Below are positions 38,639 through 48,581 of a stretch of 58,762 nt of DNA, piece after piece. Both the position numbers and the translations under genes were made by a program. Each line of letters opens with the position of its first letter. The stretch's first letter is position 1. The stretch spans positions 1 through 58,762 of the forward strand of contig CAZPLB010000003.1 in the NCBI GenBank assembly GCA_964587425.1, read 5' to 3'. This DNA is from an uncultured Gammaproteobacteria bacterium. Lineage in GTDB: Bacteria; Patescibacteriota; Microgenomatia; UBA8517. The notes under the pieces are model-generated. The model saw nothing but the letters and a program-made list of their open reading frames with translations. It searched no databases and was not told where the DNA came from.

Positions 38639-39424
38639 GTGTCTTCTATGGATAGAGACAGAATTAAGAAAGCTGGTTGTTTATTCGTCGCACTCCCTGT
38701 CGGATTTGCTTTTGCAATTGGGGGAGCAATTGGTATAGGTAAAACTGGTTCTCAGAGACCAATGGATTCAAGTCTAATGCATACTGTAAATAACCACATG
38801 GCAAGGCGGCTATTTGACAACCCATGGCCGGACAACGACATATATTTCAATACAGAGGATAATGGCTATCAAATAAATAGAGACGAAAATGGTTATTTCA
38901 TCTCGGGCTCAAATACAATCTCAAACGAGCATCGTTTCCAGTCACTCCAACAATTATCTCTGTCTGTTTTGGGTAACGAGATTGATGGCAATATTCAACT
39001 AATCCATCTGGATATTAGTTCAGAGACAATTAAAGAAGAACTCGGTATTGATATATCAAAATATAAAGAGGTGATTGCCCAACTCATTACAGAAAGACTT
39101 GCCTCCTGGAGTATAGATACACAGTCAAATCTTGATGATTCACTAAATATTGATATTCCAATATCAATATACCCTGGTGATATCCAAACTGGTCTACATA
39201 TTTCCTGCAGAGGAGATAACGGTTGGCTCTTTTTGTACGACAAGCAAGCGGCCTACGATATAGGATTGGGGATTCAAAATGATTTTATACTTTATGGTAT
39301 GTTTCAGGGACGAAATTTTCACACCGAACTAAGTAATTCAGATCTTCCAACAGGATTTATAAACGATTTGAGGAATGTTTCAACAGGTCTAAAAAATGAA
39401 CTCACACTATTTACTTCTCCTTAG
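38639..39424 (+). CDS. Hypothetical membrane-anchored protein
   Basis: N-terminal TM (LFVALPVGFAFAIGGAIGI); no family recognised. Confidence 0.65.
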   Translation: MSSMDRDRIKKAGCLFVALPVGFAFAIGGAIGIGKTGSQRPMDSSLMHTVNNHMARRLFDNPWPDNDIYFNTEDNGYQINRDENGYFISGSNTISNEHRFQSLQQLSLSVLGNEIDGNIQLIHLDISSETIKEELGIDISKYKEVIAQLITERLASWSIDTQSNLDDSLNIDIPISIYPGDIQTGLHISCRGDNGWLFLYDKQAAYDIGLGIQNDFILYGMFQGRNFHTELSNSDLPTGFINDLRNVSTGLKNELTLFTSP

Positions 39425-41375
39425 CCCTATAAATTCCATCCCAGTTTTTAGATTTTTCTTTGGGTAAATTTTGGAGTCTAGATATGTATACTTTTGTTGG
39501 TCTATCAATAGGATATTTTCTACTCAATTTTTTAAATAATTCCAATGAATTCGGAAAATCTCCAGTTTGGTATAAATGCCTTGCTTCTTCAAATTTTCTC
39601 AAAAATTCCATATCAACACTCGCCGACTTCATACCAATCAATTCATAGATAACAATGCCTTTCTCTTTACCCTTTACGGCAACTGTATCGAGTTTGCGCA
39701 CTATCACATCGCTTGCTACTTGGTTATATGTAGCCTCACTGATGATAATACTGGTTCCATACTCTTTATTTACTCCCTCAAGTCTGCTCCCAAGATTAAC
39801 ATTGTCTCCAAGAAGAGTATAGTCAAACCTCTGGACGCTTCCCATATTCCCAACAATCATATCTCCAGTATTAATGCCTATTCGTATAGTCAAATCAAAT
39901 CCCAACTTTCTCCAGGATGCAGCTACAATATTAACCTCTTGGTGCATCTCAAGGGCTGCCTCACAGGCGAGAAGCGCATGATTATGTATTTTGATAGGTG
40001 CTCCCCAAAAGGCCATAACTGCATCCCCAATGTATTTATCCAAAACCCCATTATATTTAAATATAATTCTTGTCATTCGGGTTAGGTAATCATTCAAAAG
40101 CCGAGGTAAAAGTTCTGGATTTATCCTTTCTGAAATTGTAGTAAACCCAGCAATGTCTGAAAATAATACTGTCATTTCCTGTCTGACTCCACCAAGCCTT
40201 AGTTTATTTGGGTTCGAAAGAACATCAGACAAAACACTTTCAGAAAGATAGTATGAAAATGCTTTTCGAATATATCTCTTTTGTCTAAATTCTGAAAAAT
40301 ATTTGTAAACAATATTTGCAAGTCCTGCCAAAAAAAGGCCAATAACAGGATATATTAAATTGCGAATTACCCCATGATCAAAGGAAACAATGGCATAAAC
40401 AATATAGGCAATCACAGATATAACAAGAAACATGGTCATCGGGATTACAGGCAGTAGTATCAAAACAGATGAAACAAAAATTGTTACAAAGAAAAATTCA
40501 AATAATGTCATCATTCTTGTTTCCTCGGTCAAGAACCTTCCATCAAGAATGGTTTGAATTGCATTAGCTTGGATCTCAACACCTGCCATTGGATTGCTGC
40601 CCGAAGTTGGAGTGGTTTGGGCATCATGGAGATCAGCCGCAGTTGCCCCAATCAAAACAATTTTACCCTTGAAAATTCTGGTATCAGTAGGTCCATTTAA
40701 AACATCATTAAAAGAATACATCTTGAAAGAATTTGGCCCTCCAACAAAGTTAATTCTCATATTTGTGTACCTCCCCGAAAGACCATTTAGAAATGCATCT
40801 GACCTGCCGGAGTTATTAAGATATGTTCTGCTCACCTGATATGCAAAACTTTCATAATTTTGTCCATCAGCTCCAGTAGTTCTCAAATTTGCAAACCGAG
40901 TAACACCATCTGTATCAGCCTGTGTATTTGCAATCCCAACTTGAGATTCTTTTCGAAAATCAGGAAGGGGAAGGAGAATTTGTCCATTTGAACTAGACTC
41001 AGCGGCAAGAGTTATGTTGCCGTTTTTCTTGATGGCAGAGGCAAGTGAGCCATCAGAAGCTTCATTTGATTTTTCCAAAAATGATATATCAATTCCAATA
41101 CTTGCAGGTCGTGAGTCATCGGCTGTAAATTTATCCAATAGTTTTGCATATACCTCTCTGTCCCAGGGAAACCTCCCAATTGTAGATATCGATTTATCAT
41201 CTACAGCAATTATTACAATATCACTGCTTGCCCTTTTAGGAAGAAAAAAAGAGTCAGCAATCCTGTCCTGCCAAGTTTTAAATATTCCAAGAGAAAAGAG
41301 AACATTAAGAATGATTGCAACACCCAGTCCCACAACTGCACCTCGTATTAACTTTCTCTTCACAATTTTGCTCAT
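39411..41375 (-). CDS. CHASE2-sensor class III adenylate cyclase
   Basis: IVIIAVDDKS, GKIVLIG, MAGVEIQANAI (CHASE2); three TMs; FSDIAGFT, DKYIGDAVMAFW, YTLLGDNVNLGSRLE. Confidence 0.93.
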   Translation of the reverse strand: MSKIVKRKLIRGAVVGLGVAIILNVLFSLGIFKTWQDRIADSFFLPKRASSDIVIIAVDDKSISTIGRFPWDREVYAKLLDKFTADDSRPASIGIDISFLEKSNEASDGSLASAIKKNGNITLAAESSSNGQILLPLPDFRKESQVGIANTQADTDGVTRFANLRTTGADGQNYESFAYQVSRTYLNNSGRSDAFLNGLSGRYTNMRINFVGGPNSFKMYSFNDVLNGPTDTRIFKGKIVLIGATAADLHDAQTTPTSGSNPMAGVEIQANAIQTILDGRFLTEETRMMTLFEFFFVTIFVSSVLILLPVIPMTMFLVISVIAYIVYAIVSFDHGVIRNLIYPVIGLFLAGLANIVYKYFSEFRQKRYIRKAFSYYLSESVLSDVLSNPNKLRLGGVRQEMTVLFSDIAGFTTISERINPELLPRLLNDYLTRMTRIIFKYNGVLDKYIGDAVMAFWGAPIKIHNHALLACEAALEMHQEVNIVAASWRKLGFDLTIRIGINTGDMIVGNMGSVQRFDYTLLGDNVNLGSRLEGVNKEYGTSIIISEATYNQVASDVIVRKLDTVAVKGKEKGIVIYELIGMKSASVDMEFLRKFEEARHLYQTGDFPNSLELFKKLSRKYPIDRPTKVYISRLQNLPKEKSKNWDGIYRAKEK

Positions 41376-41495
41376 AAAAAAAAAGACAGCTACCCAACTT
41401 CAATTATCTGATAAAACACTAAAATTAACAAATGATAAATTGGAATACGGATGAAAAAAAGTTTAAAAAAAGAGTCTCCACAAAAATATAAATAG

Positions 41496-42634
41496 TTACT
41501 GAACCAAAACCGAATTGGAGCTTGTTATACTTTGTCCATTTTGAACCACCTTGATTGTATAAGTGCCATTTAAGGAACTTGAGAAATGTGCAGTTATAGA
41601 ACTCGGTAAAATGACTGTTTCATTTGTTGGCTGCCCTCCAATATATGCAGGGTCTGCAGTATATTGTTTTCCAGTAACGTCAAATGCATATATTTGAATA
41701 TTAGCGTTTACTCCTGTATCAAAACCAGTTCCAGGAATATTAATTTTAGTGTGTCCATCTCCACAAAGGGTTCCAAGCTGACGATTCAGAGGATAACAAT
41801 TCACAGAAATTGTTCCAAGTGTTAATGGGACTGGAGTAGGAGTTGCTGCCATAGAAGGCAGAGGTATAGACTTGGAATTAAACTTGGGCTAAGTGTTGGT
41901 TTCACTATTGGCTTTACAGTATATAAAGGTTTGAATGTGGGTGTTGGGGAGGCAGATGCAGTTGCATCCTGATTCTCCAAATACCATTTTTCAAGTTTTT
42001 GCAGTCTTGTTAGTCTGGCAATCCTTGGTTGACCTCCAGTTCTGCAGTCATAATCTGCCTCCTGTTCTACATTTATATCCCTGTCCCAAACTTTATTTAC
42101 TTTGCATTTGCAGTTAACAATACTTTCAGAAACGGTAACAACATCCCGTCCATCCTTTGTAAGTGCATGTCCATATGAAGTACCGCGAACGCTCGCAACC
42201 AAATTCTCAGATTCAGTTTCGAAAGTTGATTTGCCAAGAATCTTTGTAACTCTTGACCAAATTTTCCCTGCAAGAAGAGTAATCTTCACACTATTTGTTT
42301 CAGTATCAAAAATTGTAACTGTAATTTCCGAATCCTGTGAAAGCCGAGTTGAACTCTTGTCAGGAAAGCGAATCAGAGCGCTTCCATTTTCATTTGTTTT
42401 TACTGAGTCTCCCTGTTTGACACTTGTGCCATCAAATGCATCTTTCCAATCAGCGTCATTCGTACTCTTCACAAACACACCGGGAGACTTGACTTCAATT
42501 ATTGCAGACAGTGGAGTGGGTGAGGGGATCATCTCTTGGAAAGGAGTATTATTCCTGTTTGTAAAAATAGTAATAACAATTGCCAGAAAGGAGATAATGA
42601 AAGCACCGACAGAAAGCATAGTTCTCTTTTTCAT
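41496..42634 (-). pseudogene. FecR-domain protein with PT linker and Ig-like tail, split by a single-base frameshift near 41870
   Basis: FecR motifs GDSVKT..GSALIRF, ASVRGTSY; one added base at cca agt|cta joins the ORF to SIPLPSMAATPTPVPLTLG. Confidence 0.65.
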
Positions 42635-42706
42635 GTAGCAATATTATAGTTGGATACAAAAAAGAAGCAACATAACGAATTCCCTTATAGGCAGACATTG
42701 ATAAAC

Positions 42707-43012
42707 TTAGTCAGAACTCATTTTCTGAATAACTTTATGAAGAACTAAAACTGTATAGCTGGTAATAATAGCAAAAACATAATCTTCAAGTGGAATAAGG
42801 CCAATAAAGATTCCTAAAATGCCTTTCCCAGGGTAAAACCAATGACCTCGCCAAACCGCAAAGTTATCCCAAATAGTTCCAACAAAAAATATAATTAGGT
42901 AAAAAAATACAGTTTCCTTCAATGATTTAAAAATCTTAATTTTATATTTAACTTTTAGAATTAGTGCAATGAATAGTAAAATTGTAAGAGAAAGCAAGTA
43001 TTCGTATGGCAT
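42707..43012 (-). CDS. Lycopene cyclase domain-containing membrane protein
   Basis: WDNFAVWRGHWFY..GIFIGLIPLEDYVF. Confidence 0.82.
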   Translation of the reverse strand: MPYEYLLSLTILLFIALILKVKYKIKIFKSLKETVFFYLIIFFVGTIWDNFAVWRGHWFYPGKGILGIFIGLIPLEDYVFAIITSYTVLVLHKVIQKMSSD

Positions 43013-43122
43013 AGCAGTTTATTTTACTATATTTGCAGGCACTAAGTAACTATGTTAGAACTTTCTTCATAGAAAATCCCCAGACTTATCAAAACTTTAG
43101 TTTTGTATAATATAATACATTT

Positions 43123-43611
43123 ATGAAAAGGACACTCTTTGTTGGTCAGGCAATGCCTAGAGTCAAAAGAAACCCCCATGATTGGCCGTCATTGAATCAA
43201 TGGCTTTACTCAATTGGCCTAACGGACAATCATATAAAACAAAATTTTCTATACTCCGCCCTGGTAGATTACTACCCTGGAGCAATAAACGGTTCTCATA
43301 TAGTGCCATCTGAGAATGAAATAGTGAAAGAACGCTACAGGCTCGCGAAAACAATTAGAGATTTCAAACCAGAGTTAGTGGTGCCGATTGGAAGATTATC
43401 AATTTCATATTGTTTAAACGACAAAGTTCAACCACTTATCAGCAATATAGGAAACATCTATAAAGCTAATCCGTACAAGCTATATAACGGAGAATTAACG
43501 ATAATCCCTTTACCGCATCCATCAGGTGCTAGTACTTGGCGACACAAAAAAGAAAATAAAGAACTTCTTAAAAAGGCACTGAATTTACTTAAGGAAAACC
43601 TGGAAATTTAG
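43123..43611 (+). CDS. Uracil-DNA glycosylase superfamily protein
   Basis: VGQAMP, PELVVPIG, PLPHPSG. Confidence 0.85.
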   Translation: MKRTLFVGQAMPRVKRNPHDWPSLNQWLYSIGLTDNHIKQNFLYSALVDYYPGAINGSHIVPSENEIVKERYRLAKTIRDFKPELVVPIGRLSISYCLNDKVQPLISNIGNIYKANPYKLYNGELTIIPLPHPSGASTWRHKKENKELLKKALNLLKENLEI

Positions 43612-43641
43612 CATGATCACTTTAAATGATACAATTCCATT

Positions 43642-44052
43642 ATGGCAAGAACAGGTATTCGTTCATCTGCAATAATTTTTAAAAATAACCAAATTCTTCT
43701 TATACACAGAAAAAAAGATGGGGATGAGTATTGGACTTTTCCAGGAGGAGGGGTAGAAGAAGGTGAAACATGGGAAAATACTGTAATTAGAGAAGTGAAA
43801 GAAGAAACAAGTCTTGAAGTTTTAAATTGTGAATTAGCATTTATGAATAAAACATATGAAGGTGGAAATGAGCATCCATTTTATTTATGTGAAGTTAAAG
43901 AAGGAGAAGCCGTCTTGGGAGGAGAAGAAAAAGAAAAGAATTCAGAAGATAATTTTTACAAGTTGGAATGGATAGACTTAAGTAATCTGAAAAGTTTTAA
44001 CTTGCTTCCGGAAAACGCCAAAGAAGAAGTTATAAAGAAATACTCTAAGTAA
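43642..44052 (+). CDS. NUDIX hydrolase
   Basis: PGGGVEEGETWENTVIREVKEETSL. Confidence 0.95.
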   Translation: MARTGIRSSAIIFKNNQILLIHRKKDGDEYWTFPGGGVEEGETWENTVIREVKEETSLEVLNCELAFMNKTYEGGNEHPFYLCEVKEGEAVLGGEEKEKNSEDNFYKLEWIDLSNLKSFNLLPENAKEEVIKKYSK

Positions 44053-44056
44053 TTAG

Positions 44057-44127
44057 CAGGGGTGGAGGGAATCGAACCCCCACTAGGGGATTTGGAGTCC
44101 CCTGGTCTACCATTAACCTACACCCCT
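44057..44127 (-). tRNA. tRNA-Trp(CCA)
   Basis: AGGGGTG..GGGGA-CT-CCA-AA-TCCCC..GGGGG-TTCGATT-CCCTC-CACCCCT-G; CCA end not encoded. Confidence 0.95.
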
Positions 44128-44179
44128 ATGTGTGTATTATATATGAATTAGGGGTTATTTAAAATTTATTCGAACACAT

Positions 44180-44731
44180 CTATTCTTTTCGCAATTCGCT
44201 CACAGAACCCGTTATGTCTGTTATGGCCAATATTTTAGGGTGTTGATTTGGAATTGGCTTTACATTCCAAGGGATTATTGAAATATTATTAGTTCCAGTC
44301 TCGCTTCGAAATTCACTTCCAAGTGTTACTAGTGGATCTTCTTTTAACTTATCGTACCTACTTGATATATAGTGTGGTTCGATACCAAACAATGTATTAC
44401 CTTCGATAAATGACGATATAGTACAAGGATGGGCTGAACCTTTTACTAATCCAACCCCATCTATGGGGACTATGTGAATGAGCATCTTGTGAATTTTGCC
44501 TCCAAATTCTAACTCTATGAATCTATTTTTATTATGGCGACGAGCCAAATCATTAGTTATTTGTTGATACAATTGAATTTGCCGTAGTGGAATATCCCGA
44601 TATATCTTTATAGCAACTTCATTCCCAAGACGATCAACACCCTTATAAAGCCGAGACTCTGCAACTTGAAGTGGTTCCCGCTTCAAATCTACAGAATACA
44701 TCGAGGGATCTATAGTTGGAATTTCAGTCAT
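44180..44731 (-). CDS. Protein-kinase-like fold protein, probably a pseudokinase
   Basis: AESRLYKG, VAIKIY, ISSFIEGNTL, IIPWNV, LAITDI; catalytic-loop Asp not evident. Confidence 0.5.
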   Translation of the reverse strand: MTEIPTIDPSMYSVDLKREPLQVAESRLYKGVDRLGNEVAIKIYRDIPLRQIQLYQQITNDLARRHNKNRFIELEFGGKIHKMLIHIVPIDGVGLVKGSAHPCTISSFIEGNTLFGIEPHYISSRYDKLKEDPLVTLGSEFRSETGTNNISIIPWNVKPIPNQHPKILAITDITGSVSELRKE

Positions 44732-44807
44732 ATATCACAAAACCCAATAGAACTATCTTTCTTCTCTATATTTGACAATTATACTATAATAATTAGAGTT
44801 AAGATAA

Positions 44808-45107
44808 ATGAAACGGGAATCTGCAAGTGGTGACTCCAGACTTGAAGAAATTAAAGAAATTCTTCAAAAAGTAAGGCTCGGTGACTTCGAGAATGTTTTC
44901 AGTGAAATAGTCAAAGATCTGTTGAAATTAGTCAATGATGGTGACAGTGAACCACTCTCTAATTATTTAGATGAAAATCCAACAATAGGCAACATTTTGT
45001 CAACCGAAAGAGTTGAACTGGGAGAAGATACAAGACGAAACCCTAAAACAATAATGTCTTTCATGAGACAGATATTTGAAGAACACAAAAAGAAGATAAA
45101 TCAATAG
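44808..45107 (+). CDS. Hypothetical protein
   Basis: 99-aa acidic helical ORF. Confidence 0.6.
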   Translation: MKRESASGDSRLEEIKEILQKVRLGDFENVFSEIVKDLLKLVNDGDSEPLSNYLDENPTIGNILSTERVELGEDTRRNPKTIMSFMRQIFEEHKKKINQ

Positions 45108-45116
45108 TAATTAATA

Positions 45117-45314
45117 TTACTTCAATCTTGTACTTTCCTTGTGTGAAGTCGATTTTTTACAAAACTTGCAATATTTGTTCAAGATTAGTTTGGTTGAAGC
45201 ACCTTCCTTTGTGGAATTTGCCATGTTTACCTTGTTTCGCATGGTCACATAGTTCTGTGATTTACATACAGTACAAACCATTGCAACTATTTCTCTAGCT
45301 CCCTTTTTAGCCAT
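45117..45314 (-). CDS. rpmG: 50S ribosomal protein bL33 (Zn-ribbon type)
   Basis: CTVC..NYVT..NKYCKFC..HKE. Confidence 0.93.
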   Translation of the reverse strand: MAKKGAREIVAMVCTVCKSQNYVTMRNKVNMANSTKEGASTKLILNKYCKFCKKSTSHKESTRLK

Positions 45315-45396
45315 ATTTAGAGGTTAATTATATCAAGAAAGAGGCTATTTGTATAGCATAATCGTGATGGTGGAGAAGTTGCCTGCAAGATCGGTA

Positions 45397-47259
45397 CTAT
45401 GGACAGGTTTGAAGGTAATACTTTGCAACAATCCCATAATCAGTCAAGTCCGCAATTCCATTTCGATTAACATCAGATCGGTGATTGGCGAGTGTTGTTT
45501 TCAAAAAATCAGCAAGAAGTATAGTAGTATCCTGTGCATCAACTGTACCATCCTGATTAATATCAGCGTCATCGCATGTTCCAGGAGTTGAGGGAGCTGT
45601 AGCAGTTGGGGCAGGTGTTGAGCTGACCCCACCAAACTCATGAGCTCCAATATCAAAACCAGTGCCTTGTGGAATTGTCGAACCATAATAATCTCTAGTT
45701 CCAACATTCGTCCCAAAAAGTGAAGTGAGGTTAAGCCCGGCATTGATCATTGGAGAACCGGCTTGAAGTTTATATGCTGTCAAGCCAGTTAATAGTGCAG
45801 TATCTCCAATCGTACCCCCATTGCCGGGGTTTGTAAGAAGTGGATTTACATTAAATCCAACATTGGCGCCGTTTAGTTTTTCCTGATTTGTCGAAGTCTG
45901 CCAATTAACATAACTTATATAATTAGTGTTATTCCACTTCATATTAAATTTCCCTGAAGCATTGTAGTAATCATTTGCCTGATATGTAGAATTGCTTTGG
46001 CCATATGGGTCGTATACGAAAGGCGAGTCTCCGGTTGTATAGAATATATTGTTTCGCATAACTAAACCTGGTGCTGCATTTGCTGTGAAAAAAGTCACAA
46101 TAGCAGGTTTTAAACTTGAAGTTGGACTAGTATAGAACGTATTGCCGTAAAACTGAGCATTATTTATTCCAGTATAGTTATTCCAAAACGTAACCTCGCC
46201 ATACCCATTTTTTCTGGCGTTATTTTGTCCAATGTTGTAGCGGATTATGTTGTTAGTCCAAGGGCCGGCTGGAGAGTATTGATAGAAGCCATATCCAGCT
46301 CCATCATTATCATGTGCATAGTTGTATTGCATAATGGAGTTTGAAACTCCGCCGTCAAAATCAAAACCTCCGCCATCCGCTGGTCCACCAGTTTTATTGC
46401 CATATGATTCATTAAATTGAAAAATTAAATTTTTTGCCTGATATGCCCAAAGTCCAACAGGCCCTTCATTGGCATCAGCCAATGAACCATTGTTGTAGGC
46501 AGTACTGTATTCAAGTACGCCGCCATCCACACCTCCCATAATAAGCCCGCTCCCAGAATTCTTGTTAAGACCAGGAACCCCAGTATTATTGTAGAAGCGC
46601 GAATGTCCGACATATACATTAGTGATAGTGGGCGAGGACTGAGAGTATGTGAGCATTCCATCATATTTATTATCATGGACGCTGGCGTTTGTTACACGCA
46701 CATCAGATATAACTGCATTATTAGCTGAACCAATTACTATTCCGCGTCCAAACCGGCTTACATCAACTGAATCAATGTGTACATAAGTCTGGGTACCAGA
46801 CTTTCCATCACTATAGAATTGAATACCTACAATAGTGTCTCCAGTCGGACTTCCTTGTCCAGTAATTATCAAGTTAGCAATACTAATTCCAGACACATTG
46901 TATCCATAAATACCATTGCTCCCTGAAGAGGTTACATTAATGGTAGCCGGAGAACTTCCTCCATATGTTGTAAAGGCAACCGGACTCACGGCCGTACCAC
47001 TGTCTCCATTCACCAAGTTAATGGCAGATGATGTTGCAAACGTTTGCCCGCTTTGAAAGTAAACATGGTCTCCAGCGTTCAAATCTACATTGTTAATTTT
47101 ACTGACTGTTTTCCAGGGAGTAGAAGTTGATGTTCCATTACTGGAATCATTTCCAGAGGGACTAAAATAATAATCTGTAGCTAAAGCCGAAGAGGCAAAG
47201 ACTGTAGATGCAATCAAAAGACCCAAGAAAAAAAACAAACCTGTAAAAATAGACTTCAC
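45397..47259 (-). CDS. Secreted right-handed beta-helix (polysaccharide lyase-like) protein with C-terminal dockerin-like domain
   Basis: YYFSPSGNDS..PWKT; DGGGFDFDGG; NDGAGY; DINQDGTVDAQD..DVNRNGIADLTD. Confidence 0.85.
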   Translation of the reverse strand: MKSIFTGLFFFLGLLIASTVFASSALATDYYFSPSGNDSSNGTSTSTPWKTVSKINNVDLNAGDHVYFQSGQTFATSSAINLVNGDSGTAVSPVAFTTYGGSSPATINVTSSGSNGIYGYNVSGISIANLIITGQGSPTGDTIVGIQFYSDGKSGTQTYVHIDSVDVSRFGRGIVIGSANNAVISDVRVTNASVHDNKYDGMLTYSQSSPTITNVYVGHSRFYNNTGVPGLNKNSGSGLIMGGVDGGVLEYSTAYNNGSLADANEGPVGLWAYQAKNLIFQFNESYGNKTGGPADGGGFDFDGGVSNSIMQYNYAHDNDGAGYGFYQYSPAGPWTNNIIRYNIGQNNARKNGYGEVTFWNNYTGINNAQFYGNTFYTSPTSSLKPAIVTFFTANAAPGLVMRNNIFYTTGDSPFVYDPYGQSNSTYQANDYYNASGKFNMKWNNTNYISYVNWQTSTNQEKLNGANVGFNVNPLLTNPGNGGTIGDTALLTGLTAYKLQAGSPMINAGLNLTSLFGTNVGTRDYYGSTIPQGTGFDIGAHEFGGVSSTPAPTATAPSTPGTCDDADINQDGTVDAQDTTILLADFLKTTLANHRSDVNRNGIADLTDYGIVAKYYLQTCP

Positions 47260-47353
47260 AATAAACTAAGACTAACAAGACAGAGACAACGATGTCAACA
47301 CATTCAAACTCGTATTGACAAAGGAGGCCCGTCGAAGATAATCTGTAAATACG

Positions 47354-48316
47354 ATGGATACCCCAAATGTTGCAGCACCCCAAGTCGCCACTTCAGAAAA
47401 CAAAGTCAAAAAAATCTTCAAAAATAGTTACAAGCAGGCAGGATTTATAATTTTCAGTATCGCCGCAATCATTGTCGTAGCAGTAATCGCCCAAAAACAA
47501 ACTCATTTTCAAAATAGAGCATCTAGTATCTCAGGTACAACATTTCTAACCCTTCTTCCAGGCTCTGGGAATGTTCCCTTGCAGCCGTACACTGTTGACC
47601 TCATTGCAACACTTGGAACAGAACAAGTAGATGGAGTACAAGCAGTTTTTACAGTTTCAAATAATAGTATCTTCTCAGATGTTTCATTTCAACCAAATAC
47701 AATTAGTGGGCTCAAAGTTGCAGCAAACAATAAAACCATAACAGGAACTAATACACAATTCCAATTATCGTTTGTTACAAATGTTCCAAACCAGCCCTTT
47801 AGTTCACCAACCAATGTAAGTTTGGGGAAAATCACATTTGTACCAACCATAGTTGGGAGTACGACTGTTAGTTTTGATACTGTATTAAGTAAAATTATTC
47901 GCCATGGATCAGTAGAAGACATTTTAAATACCCCTCAAAACGTTACCTACCAGTTTATGTCAGCAACTTCTGCACCAACACCAACAACCACACCAGGGGG
48001 AACACCAACTCCAACTGGAACACCTTCAACAAATGGGCCAAGGATTACAAATATAAGTACAGACAACAAAGCACAAACTTCAATTACAATAACTTGGAGG
48101 ACAGATGTGTCGGCAACCAGTCAAGTAGAGTATAGATTGACATCCGTATCCACATTCCTAAATAGAACAACAATAGACACGAATTTGGTTACTAATCACT
48201 CAGTAAATATCTCTGGCCTTACACCAAATACAAAATACACTTACAGGGTAATTTCCAAAGGTTCAAATGGAGTAGAAACAATCTCACAAGAAAAGTCTTT
48301 CACAACTTCAAAATAA
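47354..48316 (+). CDS. Membrane-anchored protein with cohesin-like domain, PT linker and FN3 domain
   Basis: TM then QNRAS; VDGVQAVF..LGKITF..TTVSFD; ITWRTD..SQVEY..HSVNISGLTPNTKYTYRV. Confidence 0.7.
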   Translation: MDTPNVAAPQVATSENKVKKIFKNSYKQAGFIIFSIAAIIVVAVIAQKQTHFQNRASSISGTTFLTLLPGSGNVPLQPYTVDLIATLGTEQVDGVQAVFTVSNNSIFSDVSFQPNTISGLKVAANNKTITGTNTQFQLSFVTNVPNQPFSSPTNVSLGKITFVPTIVGSTTVSFDTVLSKIIRHGSVEDILNTPQNVTYQFMSATSAPTPTTTPGGTPTPTGTPSTNGPRITNISTDNKAQTSITITWRTDVSATSQVEYRLTSVSTFLNRTTIDTNLVTNHSVNISGLTPNTKYTYRVISKGSNGVETISQEKSFTTSK

Positions 48317-48320
48317 TCTG

Positions 48321-48392
48321 AGCCTGGAGTGGGGATTGAACCCACGGTCTCACCCTTACCAAGGGTGTGCTTTACCACTAAGCTATCCAGGC
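48321..48392 (-). tRNA. tRNA-Thr(GGT)
   Basis: GCCTGGA..CACCC-TT-GGT-AA-GGGTG..GTGGG-TTCAATC-CCCAC-TCCAGGC. Confidence 0.95.
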
Positions 48393-48438
48393 AACTCTCA
48401 CGGAATTATATCAGATTTGGTATAATACATTAGTTTTC

Positions 48439-48510
48439 GCCGACGTAGCTCAGGGGTAGAGCAGAATTTTTGTAAAATTAAGGTCGGAGGTTCAAATCCT
48501 CCCGTCGGCT
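48439..48510 (+). tRNA. tRNA-Thr(TGT)
   Basis: GCCGACG..GAATT-TT-TGT-AA-AATTA..GGAGG-TTCAAAT-CCTCC-CGTCGGC; one G-A mismatch in the anticodon stem. Confidence 0.88.
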
Positions 48511-48581
48511 CACCCTATAATATTTGAATTGCACTTTAAAATGGGTGTATCGTAGTGGTCAATTAAATGATACTATTAACT

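Noticed and set aside
22241-41482. AGTCTCCACA recurring at 22243, 22282 and 41473
   Set aside because: One copy is coding, there is no consistent position or orientation relative to genes, and chance cannot be excluded.
48541-48575. tRNA-like fragment (GGGTGTATCGTAGTGGTC..)
   Set aside because: Resembles a D-arm only; no anticodon or T arm follows. It is equally explained as a short hairpin overlapping the endonuclease promoter.
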